A stretch of 64,000 bases of DNA, taken from Felis catus. Taxonomy: Eukaryota. Positions 12,851-25,463 of this stretch are shown piece by piece. Numbering within the stretch: position 1 is the stretch's first letter; each line of letters starts with the position of its first letter. The stretch is taken from positions 117,802,001 to 117,866,000 of the forward strand of contig NC_058373.1 in assembly GCF_018350175.1 (NCBI RefSeq), given 5' to 3'. The position numbers and the translations under genes were made by a program. The notes under the pieces are model-generated. The model worked only from the letters and a program-made list of their open reading frames with translations. It was not told the DNA's origin and searched no databases.

Positions 12851-15248
12851 CGAGCCCTGTCTTCATGGCACTTACATCCCGGTTTCTAGATACATCCAGG
12901 GGGCAGGACATTTTGGGAGCAGTCCCCTGACCCCTGAGTAGGGAGCGTCCCCACACAGTGAACCAGGATAGAGTGCAGGTGCAGAGGCCAGGTGACCAGT
13001 TCTGAGCGGCCAAAGTATGGTGCCACCCACACCAGGGCAAATTCACAGAGGAATGGCTTTCCAGAAGAAGGCAGACCAGCCTAGGCCACGGGCAGGAGAG
13101 AAAAGAGCCGGTCAGACAGGCCTGGCCTAGCACACCATGGGATGACAGGTGTCAGTAAAAGCAGGGAGGAAGCCTTCCAAGTTGACCTCTGTGCCCTGGG
13201 CAACGGATGCCAGAGTTCTGGGACATAAGAGGCAAGTTTTGCAAGCTTGGGTACCTCAGTGTAGAAGGTACCAGACTTGGGGCTTTTTAAAAGGCTCAAA
13301 GGCAGAATGCAGTCCCATTCCAGGCCAGACAGCACACACTCTTTGAGCCGGGCAGTGACTCCCGCAACAGGCTAGAGGCAGACACAGTGTTAGCGGAGCC
13401 CCCCTCGGCCCACCCAGCAATGCAGCCCAGATGGCATCGCAGTGGAAGCCCTCCAGGCCCACCCTCCCTCGTGACCCTCAGAACAGTGCTGTGACGTGAG
13501 CTGAACAGCCACCGTGGTGTGCATTTCACAGACGAAGAACGAAGGCCAGAGTCCTCAGGTAACTGCCCCAAATCACACAGCCAGTAGTCAGAGGGGTCTG
13601 GACTTGAACCCAGGCCTTGGGATCTCTGTTTGGTGTCTTTTATCCTGCAGAGCACAGCTGTAGGGCATAGCGAAGGCCCCTACGGCCTAAAATCAAAGAG
13701 AGGCAAGATGGCAAAAGCCCCACGTGCCAGGCCAGGATCTGGAAGGGAAGCCCAGGTCAGCTGCCACGGGGTTCTGTCTGCTCGGTGTTCCTCATCTGTG
13801 AAATGGGGGTGCCGAGAGATAAACCATGTTCTCCGAGATTAAGATCAAACATCGGGCACCTTTCTTTCTTCTATCCCTTGAATAAATCTTTCCCGTCCAC
13901 CTGCTATGTGCCAAGCCTGGTGCTGGGCGCTAGGAACGCAGATGAAGAAACAGGTGGGTCCCTGCCCTCAAAGCGTGTACCTTCTGGCGGGGAGAGACCC
14001 CAGTGAATGGGCAATGCGACACAGGGCGGCTCCTCGGCCCTATGACCCATGCTCTGAACACGGTTCTGCGGGGCGGGATGGCAAAGGTGACCGTGGAAAG
14101 TCAACAGCAGCTCTGCACACCATCCAGCCCACTCCCAGCTGCCACCCGTGTCCGCTGCCGGACCCAGCTCCCACAGCCCTGCGGAATGCAAGCAGTGCTG
14201 AGATGGCCCAGGCTTGGTCCCCCAGACGGCCAGGAAGGCAACAGGGGTATGGGGTCCGCAGCGGCCTGCCCACCTCTCCCCGGCTCTCCTGCTCCTGAGG
14301 CCAACGCGAGCTGAAGAAGCTGCCGTGGCAAGCCTCCAGGATGGATGGCTGCGGGCTCTGACACCGCAGGAAGGAGATAAATGACTGGTCATTTCCCCCT
14401 GATGCACTTGAAGGCATCCATTCTCCCAGCTGTACCAAGCTCAGGCACCCCCCGTGCGGAGCCAGATAAGCACTGACAGATGTGGGTGGGAGCCGGAGCG
14501 TCCTTCTCCCTTGGAAGGACACAGCCAGACTCCTCTGCGGGCCAGGAGAAGGTCACGGTGTCCACTGGCTCACACCTGGCCGGGGGCTCCACGGGTCCCT
14601 TCCTTCGCCTCCCATCTCGCCCACCCCCGCCTGGCTCATCCCCGTGAGGAGCACCCGGGAAGGAGGGAGGGCGAGGGGCAGAGGGAGCCAGCTGACAGGC
14701 TCATCAATCTCGGGCTACATGCTTGGCACATCGGCGCTCCTTAAGTTGTTCCCGGACCGGGAGGGTGCTGGAGGAATCAGGGGGACTGTCTCGAGGAGAA
14801 GAGAAATCACACCGAACATCAGAGAGCAAATGGTGGAAGAAGCCTGGAGACTATTAAAATGTGGGCCATGTACAGAAGCAGTAGGAAACTAATTAAGATG
14901 CAGGATTTGCAAAAGCTGGGGAAGTTGGCCGCAGCCTGCTCCCATCTGGAGAGTTCTGGCGGTTCAGTGTGGCAGGGACAGCACCCTAGGCAGGCGAAGC
15001 CCCCCCCCCCAACCCCTGCCCAAGCAGGCGGGACTCAAGCCCCGTTGCCTGGACGGCCCCCACTTGGGAGCACCTTCCTGAGGATCTCTGTGACTTGCTT
15101 GTTGGTCTGCTAGGACACCCTCTTCTTTGAGGCACCCGGGGCTACCATCCCCCCAGGGTTCCTGCCCTTCCGCTCATGCTCCCCCAACAACGTGTGGTGA
15201 TGACTATCCTGGTCATTCATCCCCAGTCATTGAGTGGCTGCCAAAGGC

Positions 15249-15251
<3 letters not shown>

Positions 15252-15289
<38 letters not shown>
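15252..15289. repeat. (CA)n microsatellite
   Basis: Directly visible. Confidence 0.95.
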
Positions 15290-15292
<3 letters not shown>

Positions 15293-15768
15293 AAATAACC
15301 AGAACACCCTATTATTCCTGGCTGCCTTCCCTCCCATCACCCTTGGAATTTGGCAAGGGTGGCAGAGAGCCGTGTTGCTCCCCAAGTATCCTGAAGCAGA
15401 AGGGATTTACAAGGCCTCAGGTACATTCCGGGAGCAGAAGGAACATCTGGCGGAAAAGAACTCTTGGTCTGAGGACACCGCCATGAATGTGTGTGCTGGG
15501 TCCTGGAGCGACATGGCACCAGTTCCAACAGGCTCCCCCTTAGGGTTCTCTCCCTGGCTTCACCGCTGATACCCCCTGGGAAATTAACTTCCTGATTCAG
15601 TGCCACAGTTCCCCAACCTCTGAAACGAAGGTAAAATCTGCCCTAGACCAGGGGGGCCAAGAGGTCTGGGGTTGGAAGATGCTAAATTGATCTAAGCAGA
15701 CCATCCAAGCATTTAATCCAGAGAAACACAAGTAAAAGTTTGTTCCCAGCCTTTTTCTTTTCTTCATT

Positions 15769-15772
<4 letters not shown>

Positions 15773-15817
<45 letters not shown>
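15773..15817. repeat. (CA)n microsatellite
   Basis: Directly visible. Confidence 0.95.
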
Positions 15818-15823
<6 letters not shown>

Positions 15824-17199
15824 GAGTTAAAGGCCTCTTTTTTAATCAGCTGGCTTTTGCCCAACATCTGCCCTGCTTCAGGGCCTTCTGGTGGATATTT
15901 ACTATCCACCTTTCTCTCCTGCCAGCTCGGCTCCCCCTTCGCAAGGACAGAGCTCCATTCTTGGGGAAATGGTCCAGGGGAGGCCCCTCTCTGGCACCAG
16001 GCCTCTGCTCCAGTCCTCATGTTGCACGAATTGTGATGGCTGCGCCTTGAAACACCTTGCATTCGCCTCTGCAGCCAAGCGCAAGCTGCAGGGAACACTG
16101 AACTCCATTGTCAGTCAGCGGAGAGAAATAATGTTGTATGTGTTGTCCTTCAGACGCCCAGGCAAGTAGGAGGTTGCAAGATATTTATTCAAGACAGATT
16201 GGAGGGGTGATGTTAGGCGTGAGAAACACATAGGTCCAGGGACACAGAATGTTTTCAAGTCCCAGAGAGCTCTCCCCCGCTCTCAGCCCCATCCCACCCG
16301 CACACAGACACATTTTTATTTTCAGCAAGTAGTAAAGAAACACAGGCAGGATGGCACATTCACACCGTGGGAGATGGGATGAGAGCAGCAGGATGAGTGT
16401 GCCCAACAGTGTGTAACTTCACTCTGAACAGTGACTGAGCGGCAGCCATGATCACCTCCCCACTCCCTGTCCTGAGATGTGGCCTCAGCCCAGATGAGCT
16501 CTGTGCTTGGCAAGGGGGGGGGGGTGGGGGGGGGGCTGAACCACAGGTAGGTGGTTCTATAGCCCTGTCCTCAGACCTTCTCCAGGGGCCCTCAAGATTC
16601 TGGGATCTATACCCTCTCCCCTTGCCCCGACCTGGTTTCCTGACAGAGCTCTCAGCTCTGCAGACCTGAGGTCAAGGACAACTCTTACCTGATGGCCTCT
16701 GTTACTGAAAGCTGCCCACCGCTGGCAGGATTCAGGCAGAGACACAAAGGAAGACAAGAGGTACAAGCTGGGTGTTGGCATGATAAATTGCTTGTGGCAT
16801 CTCCTCATTATCCATAGGGGGGACTGACATGGAAGGAAACTCGTGCCTTGAGACAATTCTGCTCCGGGCCAGTGCCCCCATCTCTGACAAATCAGGGGAA
16901 CTCCTCTCCCTCTCCCCCAAGGAAATGAGGGTGCTGACGGTGGAGCCCAAGGAAGGCTCCAAGTGTCACAGACATAACCACGTTCCTGGAGCTTGTCAAG
17001 GGGACCTCAGGAGACTCACAGCAGGAGATTGGGAGGGAAGAGAGACGAGAGGATGGCATCACGGGGGCTGGGTGGTGGAGGGGTGCCAAGGATTGATTGG
17101 TTCATTCATTGGTTTTCTTTCAACATAAACTTAGTCTTCTAGTTTCCATAAATTTAAAGAGATTCAGCTCAGGTTGGACAAATTGATTATCGATTTTCA

Positions 17200-17580
17200 G
17201 CAAGGTTTGCCCAAAAAGGATTACACATAATGTTGTGCAATTTGCTTTTCTTTTTCCACTTAGTAGTATATCTTCGACATCCTTCCATTTTTTTCCTACT
17301 CATTTCTTTAAAAGGCAAAATAGTATTGCATTTTATGAATGTACCATATATTTAACTAGTCCCCTATCAATGGACCTTCTGGTTGTTCCCATTCTTTGTG
17401 GTCATTGTTGTTGCTGTTATGAACAATGCCACCATGGGTGACCTTACACACTGGGAGTATCTATTTATTTATAGGATGAATTCCTAGCAGCAGAATTTCT
17501 AGGTCAAAGGGCATGGGCGTTTTAAATACTGATAGGTACTAAGCATTGACCTTCAACAAGGTTATACCTAATTCCACTGC
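17200..17580 (-). mobile_element. Old L1 (L1ME-like) fragment
   Basis: tagtattgcattttatgaatgtaccatatatttaactagtcccctatcaatggac...ttcctagcagcagaatttctaggtcaaaggg is an antisense old-L1 3' motif set. Confidence 0.65.
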
Positions 17581-19269
17581 AGTGTGTCGAAGAGAGGCAA
17601 TCCCTAGCCTTTCTCCCCATCTCTGTTTCCTTCAGCCTCTCCTCTGTCTCTGGGAAGGTGGGCCTTCGTTCACCCCACCTGACTGTCCTCACCTTCTAGG
17701 AACTTGCGGCAAACGGTCCGGGGACTCTGACCATGACTCTACTCTGAGTCACCTTCAAAACTACCTGCCAAAGCACCTCATTCTCTTTGAACCCAAATCA
17801 AAAGGAGTAAAAATAAGAGACAGTCATTTTAAAATATTGTCCAAGTTGACCCGGTGCTGGGGAAGACATAATATCCAAAAAAAAAGGGAAAGAGTCCTCT
17901 CAGCTGGAAACTGCATTTTATAAACGATGAGGCAGAGCCGCTGAAAGGTGGGGACCTGCCAAGGGGACAGACAGAGAGTGGCTGAGATCCAGCTTGAGCT
18001 CTACTAACCCACCAAAAGGGACATCATTTTTTATAAATGTCCGCCCAGAGGGGGCGCCTTCTACTGCTGCACAAAGATGCCATCCAGGCTAGCTGAGGCC
18101 CTGGATGAAGGCCCTTTTCTGACATTTTGGCTTGTGTGAAAAATTCCATTTCAAATGGGAGCCGCCTCTAGGAAGAGAATGATACACGCTGCTTAGCATT
18201 CTCTAGATGGACCCTGACGCTTTGAGGTCCGAGGCTTAGGTTCCTTATCACCTACTCTCAGGCACCCTCCTGGCATCTTCATTCACAACCTGTGGTGGCA
18301 GGCTGGTGTGGTGGTACAGCCTGAAAGCCTGGCCCCAGGAGTCGGGACTCAGAACAGTATATGGAAATGACACACTTTTGGCCCAAGGCATTGGGGTTTT
18401 TGTTTTTAGCTGGCTTAGCAGTAGATCTGATCCCCCAAAGAGGAGAAACCAGTTCATCTGAGAAAGAGCTCTGTCATTCGAAAAGTTATTTATTCCAGGC
18501 CTGGATGTTTACTGCCAGCCTGGATTCTGGCACGGGAGAATGAGCCTGCCCTGGGTGAGCCCAACTTACTTAGGATCTTTTGCCACATCGGGATACGGTT
18601 ACGCCTCCGAGGGCACATCCTCAACAAGCTGGTGCTCACTTTTTCCAGAGAGGGCCCTCCCATCGGACCCTAGCTGACCTGGGCTCTGGGTCTTCACCAC
18701 CCTGAGATCTGGAACAGCCACCTCAGCCGCTGCCCCAAGCATGAGGGCAGAGCCCGAGGAAATCTTTCAAATAATCGTAGACAGACATGAGGACATGAGG
18801 CACTGATGGGTACTTGGCCCCAGCAAACCACCAGCCCTAGGATTCTTCCTTTTCCCACCCCCTACAGGTCATGGCAGGCCCAAGGATGGGGCAAGTCCAA
18901 AGCCAGCTGTGATGCCAGCTGCTCCACAGTCAGCCACTGGGAGGCCAGTGTGCTCAAAGTAAATGTCTGTAGACAAAAGGGCCAAACACTCATAAAATAA
19001 CTTCTTACTCAGTCTCACCAACAATGAGACTGTCAGTTCCCAGATATGTGAGCAGCACAGTAAACCTTCCTTGGCTCTGCCCACAGCCTGATTTCCCTAA
19101 CATATAAAGTAGGCTTATTCCACTTTTATCCCTTCCTTCCTTCTCCACCTCCCAGGGCTCTGGTAGGGACCAAAGGAAATGCTATAAATGAAAATGCTTT
19201 GTAAAGGGCTTTGTAAATTACAGTGTGCTGTTCAGACGCTGGTTATGATAATGACGATGATGATTCAAT

Positions 19270-19632
19270 CAGGGTTCTCCATCCCCTGGGTGGCAGTGAT
19301 TGGTAGGGCAGACATAAACTCAGCCAGCTAATCAGTCCTTCCCGCCACTTCTCTGCCACAGCTCTCGAAGGGGACTGCTATCTGCTGAGTGTAATGAGTG
19401 CTGGGCCTGGGGCTGCTGATGGCCACCTTGTCTCCCCCACAAGGAGACGAGAGTTAGAGGTGGAAAGAGACACAGAGCCCTCACTTCAATGTTTGAGCCC
19501 CTGGATACAGCTATGCCTGAAACCAGCACAACTCTGAGATTTGCCGTTATATGAACCAACTTCCCTATTTTTTTCCTTAGGCTAGTTTGATTTGTGCATC
19601 TGACATTTATTACTAAAGGAGAATTCCAACTA
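19270..19632 (+). mobile_element. Old ERVL/MaLR-type LTR relic
   Basis: gagcccctggatacagctatgcctgaaacc...ttaggctagtttga...tgacattt resembles MLT1/LTR33-class 3' LTR ends. Confidence 0.55.
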
Positions 19633-19929
19633 TCTCTTGGATGCATTTTAATCACTTATATGTTAGTTTCATAATCATAAAATAAAGTTTTTAAGGGAAT
19701 TTTTTTTTAAGTTAGTATACCTCTGAGGGCATGAAGAAGCAGAAAAAAAGCACTGAACAGAGAAATCAACCAATGTGGATTCTATGCATATTCCCACAGG
19801 AATTGCTGTGTGACTTTGAGTACATCTCCTAACCTGCCTGGACCTCTCAAAATAGGCAATTGGAGTTAATGCTGTCTGAGTTATTTTATAGCACGAAATA
19901 TCTTTGGTCCCATAAAAGACAATCCAATT

Positions 19930-20400
19930 AGTCTAATACAAAGTGGTCTTAAGAAAGACTTTCTATACACATGTTAAAAGTAAAGACTAACGATTAAAAA
20001 TTAATGTCAAGTACTTGTAATAAAATCTTTTAAACGAACAAATTACGTAGGAGATAGCCTTACATAGGAAATTTAATATGAATTCATATATGAACATGAA
20101 AATGCTCACCACATCTCCGATTAAATTGGGAAAATGAGAAACAAAAACTGAGAGGGCCTGGTTAAATAGCTGTGGTATATGCATACAATGGAATATTGTG
20201 TAACTGTAAAAGTGGAATGAGGAAATTCCTTATATGTTGATATGGCCAATGCCTGAGGCACATTTTTAAATGGAACGGGCAAAATGCAAGGTGGCTGTGC
20301 TGGGTCAAAAGACGAGGAAAAGGTCATATGGATGTACTTCTTGGTGTGTGCATAGAAAATCTCTTAAAGAATCTCAAAAACCTGGTACCTCTGATTAACT
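19930..20400 (+). mobile_element. Old L1 (L1ME-like) 3' fragment
   Basis: ggttaaatagctgtggtatatgcatacaatggaatattgtgtaactgtaaaa motif. Confidence 0.6.
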
Positions 20401-20791
20401 GATGGGGAAATATACCCAGAGGGTCCACATACTCCAACATGGAGACACATCCAGCTGGTGACAGGACACCTAAATAACACCCTCCCTTCAAAATCCGCAC
20501 AGCCAACCCAGCACGTACTCAGCCGCTGGCTGCAGCACCTACTGCAAAGCTCTGAGTGGGGTAGAATTCAATTGGTCCAGGCAAGGACCGAGTCAGGGAT
20601 TACCACCTCACTCATCCATGGCCCTTCCAGAAGAACAGGATGGATGATTCTGGAACAAAGAAGGAGGACGTCCCCACCTCCACAATAAATTGCTCATATC
20701 AACAATTATTCAGGTTTAATAAAGAAACACGGATGATGTGAAGTCATGCCATGCCAACCTGTGGTCTGGCCACCTTTAAAGCACTTTAAAA

Positions 20792-20960
20792 CCACTGTTA
20801 CCCAAACTTCAGTGTGCCTTGTGGGAACGCAGTCCTGGGGAGGTGGTAAAATGCTGATTCTGATTTAGCAGGTCTGGGGTGAGGCCCAAGATTCGACATC
20901 TGTCCCAACCTCCCTGGGGATGCTGTGCTGCCGATCAAGAGCGCACTGTGAGTGTAGTTC
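20792..20960. mobile_element. MER5-like hAT-Charlie MITE
   Basis: gattctgatttagcaggtctggggtgaggcccaagattc core. Confidence 0.65.
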
Positions 20961-20965
20961 TAGAA

Positions 20966-21297
20966 CCACTCCAACCAATATGGGCACAACCAGCCACGTG
21001 TGATAACCGAGCGCTTGAAATGTGGCTAGTCTGCAACGCGATGCGCTAAACATGTAAAATATAACACTGGAGTTAAAAAAAAAAAAACAATACAAGAAAA
21101 AAATGTAAAACGTCTTGACTCATAATTTCTACATTGATTACATGCTAAAATGATAATATTATGGCCATCTTAGGTTGAATATAATCCACACTTAAAATTA
21201 ACTTCACCTGTTTCTCTCTCCTTTGTTCAGTGTGGCTACTAGAAAGTATACAATGATACATGTGGCTTGCGTTATCTTTCCATTAGATTATACCGCT
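20966..21297 (-). mobile_element. MER33-like hAT-Charlie MITE
   Basis: Reverse-complement homologue of 8938-9255 (gcgcttgaaatgtggctagt...ttaacttcacctgtttc...gtggctactagaaa). Confidence 0.75.
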
Positions 21298-21842
21298 GGG
21301 GGAGACTTGGCTCTCCTACAACCTGCACCTCGGGAAGTTTGGAACGACCTCAGTCATCACCCTGAAGTGTCTGCAAGGGTCTGTAAATTCTGCAGGGCCA
21401 CTGAAATCTTGGATGGAGCTCACTGAAAACCCTAGTCCCCACCCCACCCCCATCTCTAACAAATAAAACTTCTACAAGAATGAAATCTGGGTTAAAATAA
21501 ACAATCAATACAGGCTTAACCATAGAACCGGGAGCGAAAGCATCCCAAGCAACTGTAAATAGAGATTTTGCAGAGAAAACACAGCCTCAGACGTCAGTGT
21601 GGAAAGGCAGGAGTGAAGTAACCTTGGGCAGCCTAGTAACCTAAGGCAGAGAGGTCTGTATTATTTGGTGAGGGGAAATGCCAGCTGTGCCTTTGTTCCC
21701 CTGAACAGCATTGTTCACACCAGCCTGAGACACTTTGCAGCCCTTGCACCTCCAAAACCAGAGGTTCCTTTAAGGCTGAAGACCCAAGGCAATCACTTGG
21801 CCTTTCTGCAACTCAGGCCCAGGTCTGAAGATGGCCATCTAG

Positions 21843-22073
21843 GGGCGCCTGGGTGGCTCAGTCGCTTAAGCATCCGACTTCAGCTCATGTCATGATCTTG
21901 CGGTCTGCGGGTTCAAGCCCTGCGTTGGGCTCTGTGCTGACAACTCAGAGCCTGGAGCCTGCTTCAGATTCTGTGTCTCCCTCTCTCTCTGCCCCTTCCC
22001 TGCTCACACTCTGTCTCTGTCTCTCTCTCTCTCTTTCTCTCAAAAACAAATAAACATTAAAAAAAATTTTTTT
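21843..22073 (+). mobile_element. Can-SINE with perfect 17-bp TSD
   Basis: TSD tgaagatggccatctag at 21826-21842 and 22074-22090. Confidence 0.96.
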
Positions 22074-22699
22074 TGAAGATGGCCATCTAGTCAGAAGGGT
22101 TATAACAGATCAGTAGTCAAGAAAACTAACCAATTCCTTCTGCGTGGCCACAAGCCATCACCGAGAGGCAAATTTTGAACTCAGACTCTTCCATTTCCAT
22201 GCCCAAGATGGGTTCTATTTTCAGCAAGTGACCCTTCGCAGGTAAGAAGCTCCTGAAGTTCATTCACATTAAGGGGGCGGGGGGTATGCCCTCCTTAGAA
22301 ACACAGAAGCTAGAAGAAGGTTTCTTCACTTGAGGCCACAAGAAGTGTCACACAACCCAAAGGAGCTATAGCTCCTTCGGCTCTAGTCTGGAAAGGCATT
22401 CCTCGTGGGTCTGTTCCCACCCTTGCCGGCTTGCTTTACTCCAAGGAGGGACAAGAGGGAGACAAGAGGATAGAGAAGGCACAAGACACCACAGGAAAGA
22501 GACACTCAGGTGAACACATGCACATGTTTTCACATGAGAGAAGGCACAGAGGAACACCTTTGGGCACCACGGGGCAGGTTCAGTCTCCCAGAGAACCCAG
22601 TTCTATAGACAAAGGAGCAAAGCAAACTCGTCCTGGGCCAGCCCAGCCTTCTCCCACCTCTCCCACCATGGGCCCAACCAAGCTTCAGAGGGCACTGAC

Positions 22700-22807
22700 C
22701 AGGCTTTATTTCCAGCAGCCGAAGCTTTGGATCCTCAGGTGGGTGCAATCGTCTCTTCTTACGCCAGCAACGAGCAGGGTATGTGTATAGCTGGCCCGGA
22801 GCGAGGC
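22700..22807 (-). CDS. DPF3: DPF3 coding exon (probable exon 3, 108 nt, phase 1-1) with a basic NLS-like motif RKKRR
   Basis: Translates to (G)[35 protein letters not shown](E). Acceptor ctatccacag|GC, donor CCTG|gtcagt; the frame continues from the upstream exon. Confidence 0.97.
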
Positions 22808-24897
22808 CTGTGGATAGAGACAGCATAAAGGTTAAGGGCTCCAGGCTAGAAGGGGCCTTGGAAAATTCCTTGTCTGACCCTCTCCCTCACAGTGAAAGGA
22901 AACTGAAGCCCAGAAAGGTAAAGTGACTTAAGGTCACACAGCTGGTGGATGGTAGAGCACAAGCAGTATTAAGTCATCTGACCCCAGGACCCTTGCTCTG
23001 TCTACTCCACCATGCCGTCTCAGTAAGCCTACGCCATCACCATGACTAAGACAGTTCAGATCTCCTGGTCTGGGAGATCAGAGGGACCTTTCCAGATTTA
23101 ACTGCACTGCAGTGTTTCCAAGGCAGTGGACCCCTAGGTATTACCCATCAACTGCTCCTCTCTCCAGGTCCAGGTTAAGGAGGTTCCCTTCAAGGCAAAG
23201 CAGCAGAAGTCAATCTGCCTACCTGTAGACAGCCTGGATTGAGAAGCATTTCAAGGAAACAGGATCAAGGAGCCAGATTTCCTACCTACTGGCTTTCTCC
23301 ACCCACTGTTAGCTGCTGGCAGCTTGCTAAAGCCAATGGGAGCCCTAAGCAACCCCCATCAGAATATAAGCCTACTCTGGTGACCATGCTCCGGACTCAT
23401 TCCCGCAGAGCCTGGATACATGTGCAACCCTGCCCACTTGCCTGGGCCTTACAGGAAGAAATGGACAAGAGTCCAGTGGCTGGGCTTATATACTAACCAT
23501 ACTGTCTCTCAAGAGTCTCCATTTAGATTTGAACTCTGGCAACAAAGTTCCACACCAGCATCATCTGTCATACCAACCACCCCATGAGGATCCTCCCTGC
23601 TTATCAGACCACAGTCTTATGGCTCCTGTGGCACATAGTGTGGTAGCCAGAGGCGTTGGAGGAATGTGGACTTTCCACAGTAGACAACGGTCTATTCCAA
23701 AAACAACAACAACAAAAAAAAGACAGGGGGTGGAGGCTGGGAGGAGAGGGAGGAGGGCTTAAGACTAGTTAGGCAATGTGCAGACTTAAAAAACTGCCTG
23801 ATACACCCAAAAGAACCCAGCAAGTCAAGCAGTCCACTCCTGCTAGAGTAAAAAGCCTGGTGACAACAGGGACTTTGTCTTATTTTCATCAGAATCCCCA
23901 GAACTAGACCTGTGCCTGACACATAGAAGAATCAAACTAAACATTCGCTGAATGAATGAATGAGTGAGTGAATGAATACATTCCAGCTTCATTTAATTAG
24001 TCACAACTCAGTCTTCTGTAGATAAATGTGGCCTGTGACAACTGTCAGACCTATGTGAGGAGGTCATTTCCTAGACCTAGGACCATGGGGCTTAGAAGAT
24101 ATCAGGACCCTATTTCCATCTGCTGTCTGCCATTTGGGGACCATTTGTAGGGAAAATCTACAAAACTTTCATTGCTATATATCCATTGATTCATTTCTCA
24201 TTTTTACTAGTCATCTCTACCCATTCATTTGTTTGGGTTCCGAAGCAGAGACAACTATTCCAGTACTAAAGGAACCAAAATTTTCAAATTCTCTTTGTGT
24301 GCTAAGTTTCATTTTTAATTGCACAGCTGTTCCCACAGGTTGTAAGTCTGTGAAGCAGCTGAAGGTCCCTACCCCTCCCCATTTTGTTTCTCAGAAACCA
24401 TCAAGGGTCATAGAGCCTAGAGGCTCCAGAAAAATCTCTGGTGTCATGAGCTAAGGACTTGTGGTGTCCAAGAGTCATCCCAATACTTAATTTTCTTGAT
24501 AGCTTCATAGCTTCTGCACAGTGGGAGGACCCAGAAGCTCTGAGCTCCCCGTTCTCTGAGGACCAGACTTGTGGTTGATTTAGAGAAGATTAAATGAATC
24601 ACAGTAAGGCTGCTCTCCCTCCCATGGAAGGTCCAGTTTTGACCTCTCTTTGAGGGAAGGCATCACTGGGAATAGTTCAATGTTTTTGATGTGATTCACT
24701 CCATGATCCTATCACCTCTGACCCTAGAACTCCTGCATGGCTGCATTGATTCTGATGTCTTCCCAAAGTTTGAGCCACCTCTAAGGCCTGGTATTCCCCA
24801 TGATCCCAACAAAGGCCAAGTACAAAGGCTGACCCAGTACTCTGCATCCCATAAACAGGTCCCACCAATCCCTACTCATCTTGGGTTAGTGATTCTT

Positions 24898-25193
24898 TTT
24901 TTTTTTTTTACACTTTAACTATCTTACAATTCTATTTATCAGTTATACCTCAATAAAATAGTAATAATAAAGAACACAGAAATCAATTATAATTATAGCA
25001 GCTTATTATTCAGTTATGTTCAGTATTATATCTACATAATATAAGTATTAAGCACAAATTAAATGTATTGAGATTCTGTTCTTAGTATATTTTTTAAATT
25101 AATTTATTTTTTTTATTTAAATCCAAGTTAGTTAACAAAGTCTAATAATGATTTCAGGAATAGAATTTAGTGATCCATCACTTAAATATAACA
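24898..25193 (-). mobile_element. 5'-truncated carnivore L1 3' end plus putative 3'-transduced sequence, 17-bp TSD
   Basis: TSD ttgggttagtgattctt at 24881-24897 and 25194-25210. L1 terminus at 25118-25193, first A-tail ~25090-25117, second A-tail 24896-24909. Confidence 0.85.
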
Positions 25194-25249
25194 TTGGGTT
25201 AGTGATTCTTAATCCAGATTGAACCCAAAAATTACAAGGAGAACTTCTT

Positions 25250-25463
25250 TTTTTTAACTTTCCTTAAGTTTATGTATTTATTTTGAGAAATAGTGCGATG
25301 GGGGAGGGGCAGAGAGAGAGGGAGAGAGAGGATCCCAAGCAGGATCCATGCTGCCAGGACAGAGCCCGACATGGGGCTCAAACACACCCATGAAACCGCG
25401 AGATCGTGACCTAAGCGAAAACCAACAGCTGGATGCTTAACCAACTGAGCCACCCAGGTGCCC
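25250..25463 (-). mobile_element. Can-SINE
   Basis: Antisense head ...gccacccaggtgccc; TSD ggagaacttctt at 25238-25249 and 25470-25481. Confidence 0.93.

Noticed and set aside
13900..15120. GC-rich zone with many overlapping ORFs; possible hidden exon or CpG island
   Set aside because: ORFs in all frames are expected in GC-rich DNA. No recognisable protein, the DPF3 exon 3-4 frame is complete without it, and CpG density is only modest.
22560..22580. REST/RE1-like motif gcaccacgg near exon 3
   Set aside because: Lacks both the TCAG 5' part and the GACAG 3' part of the RE1 consensus.
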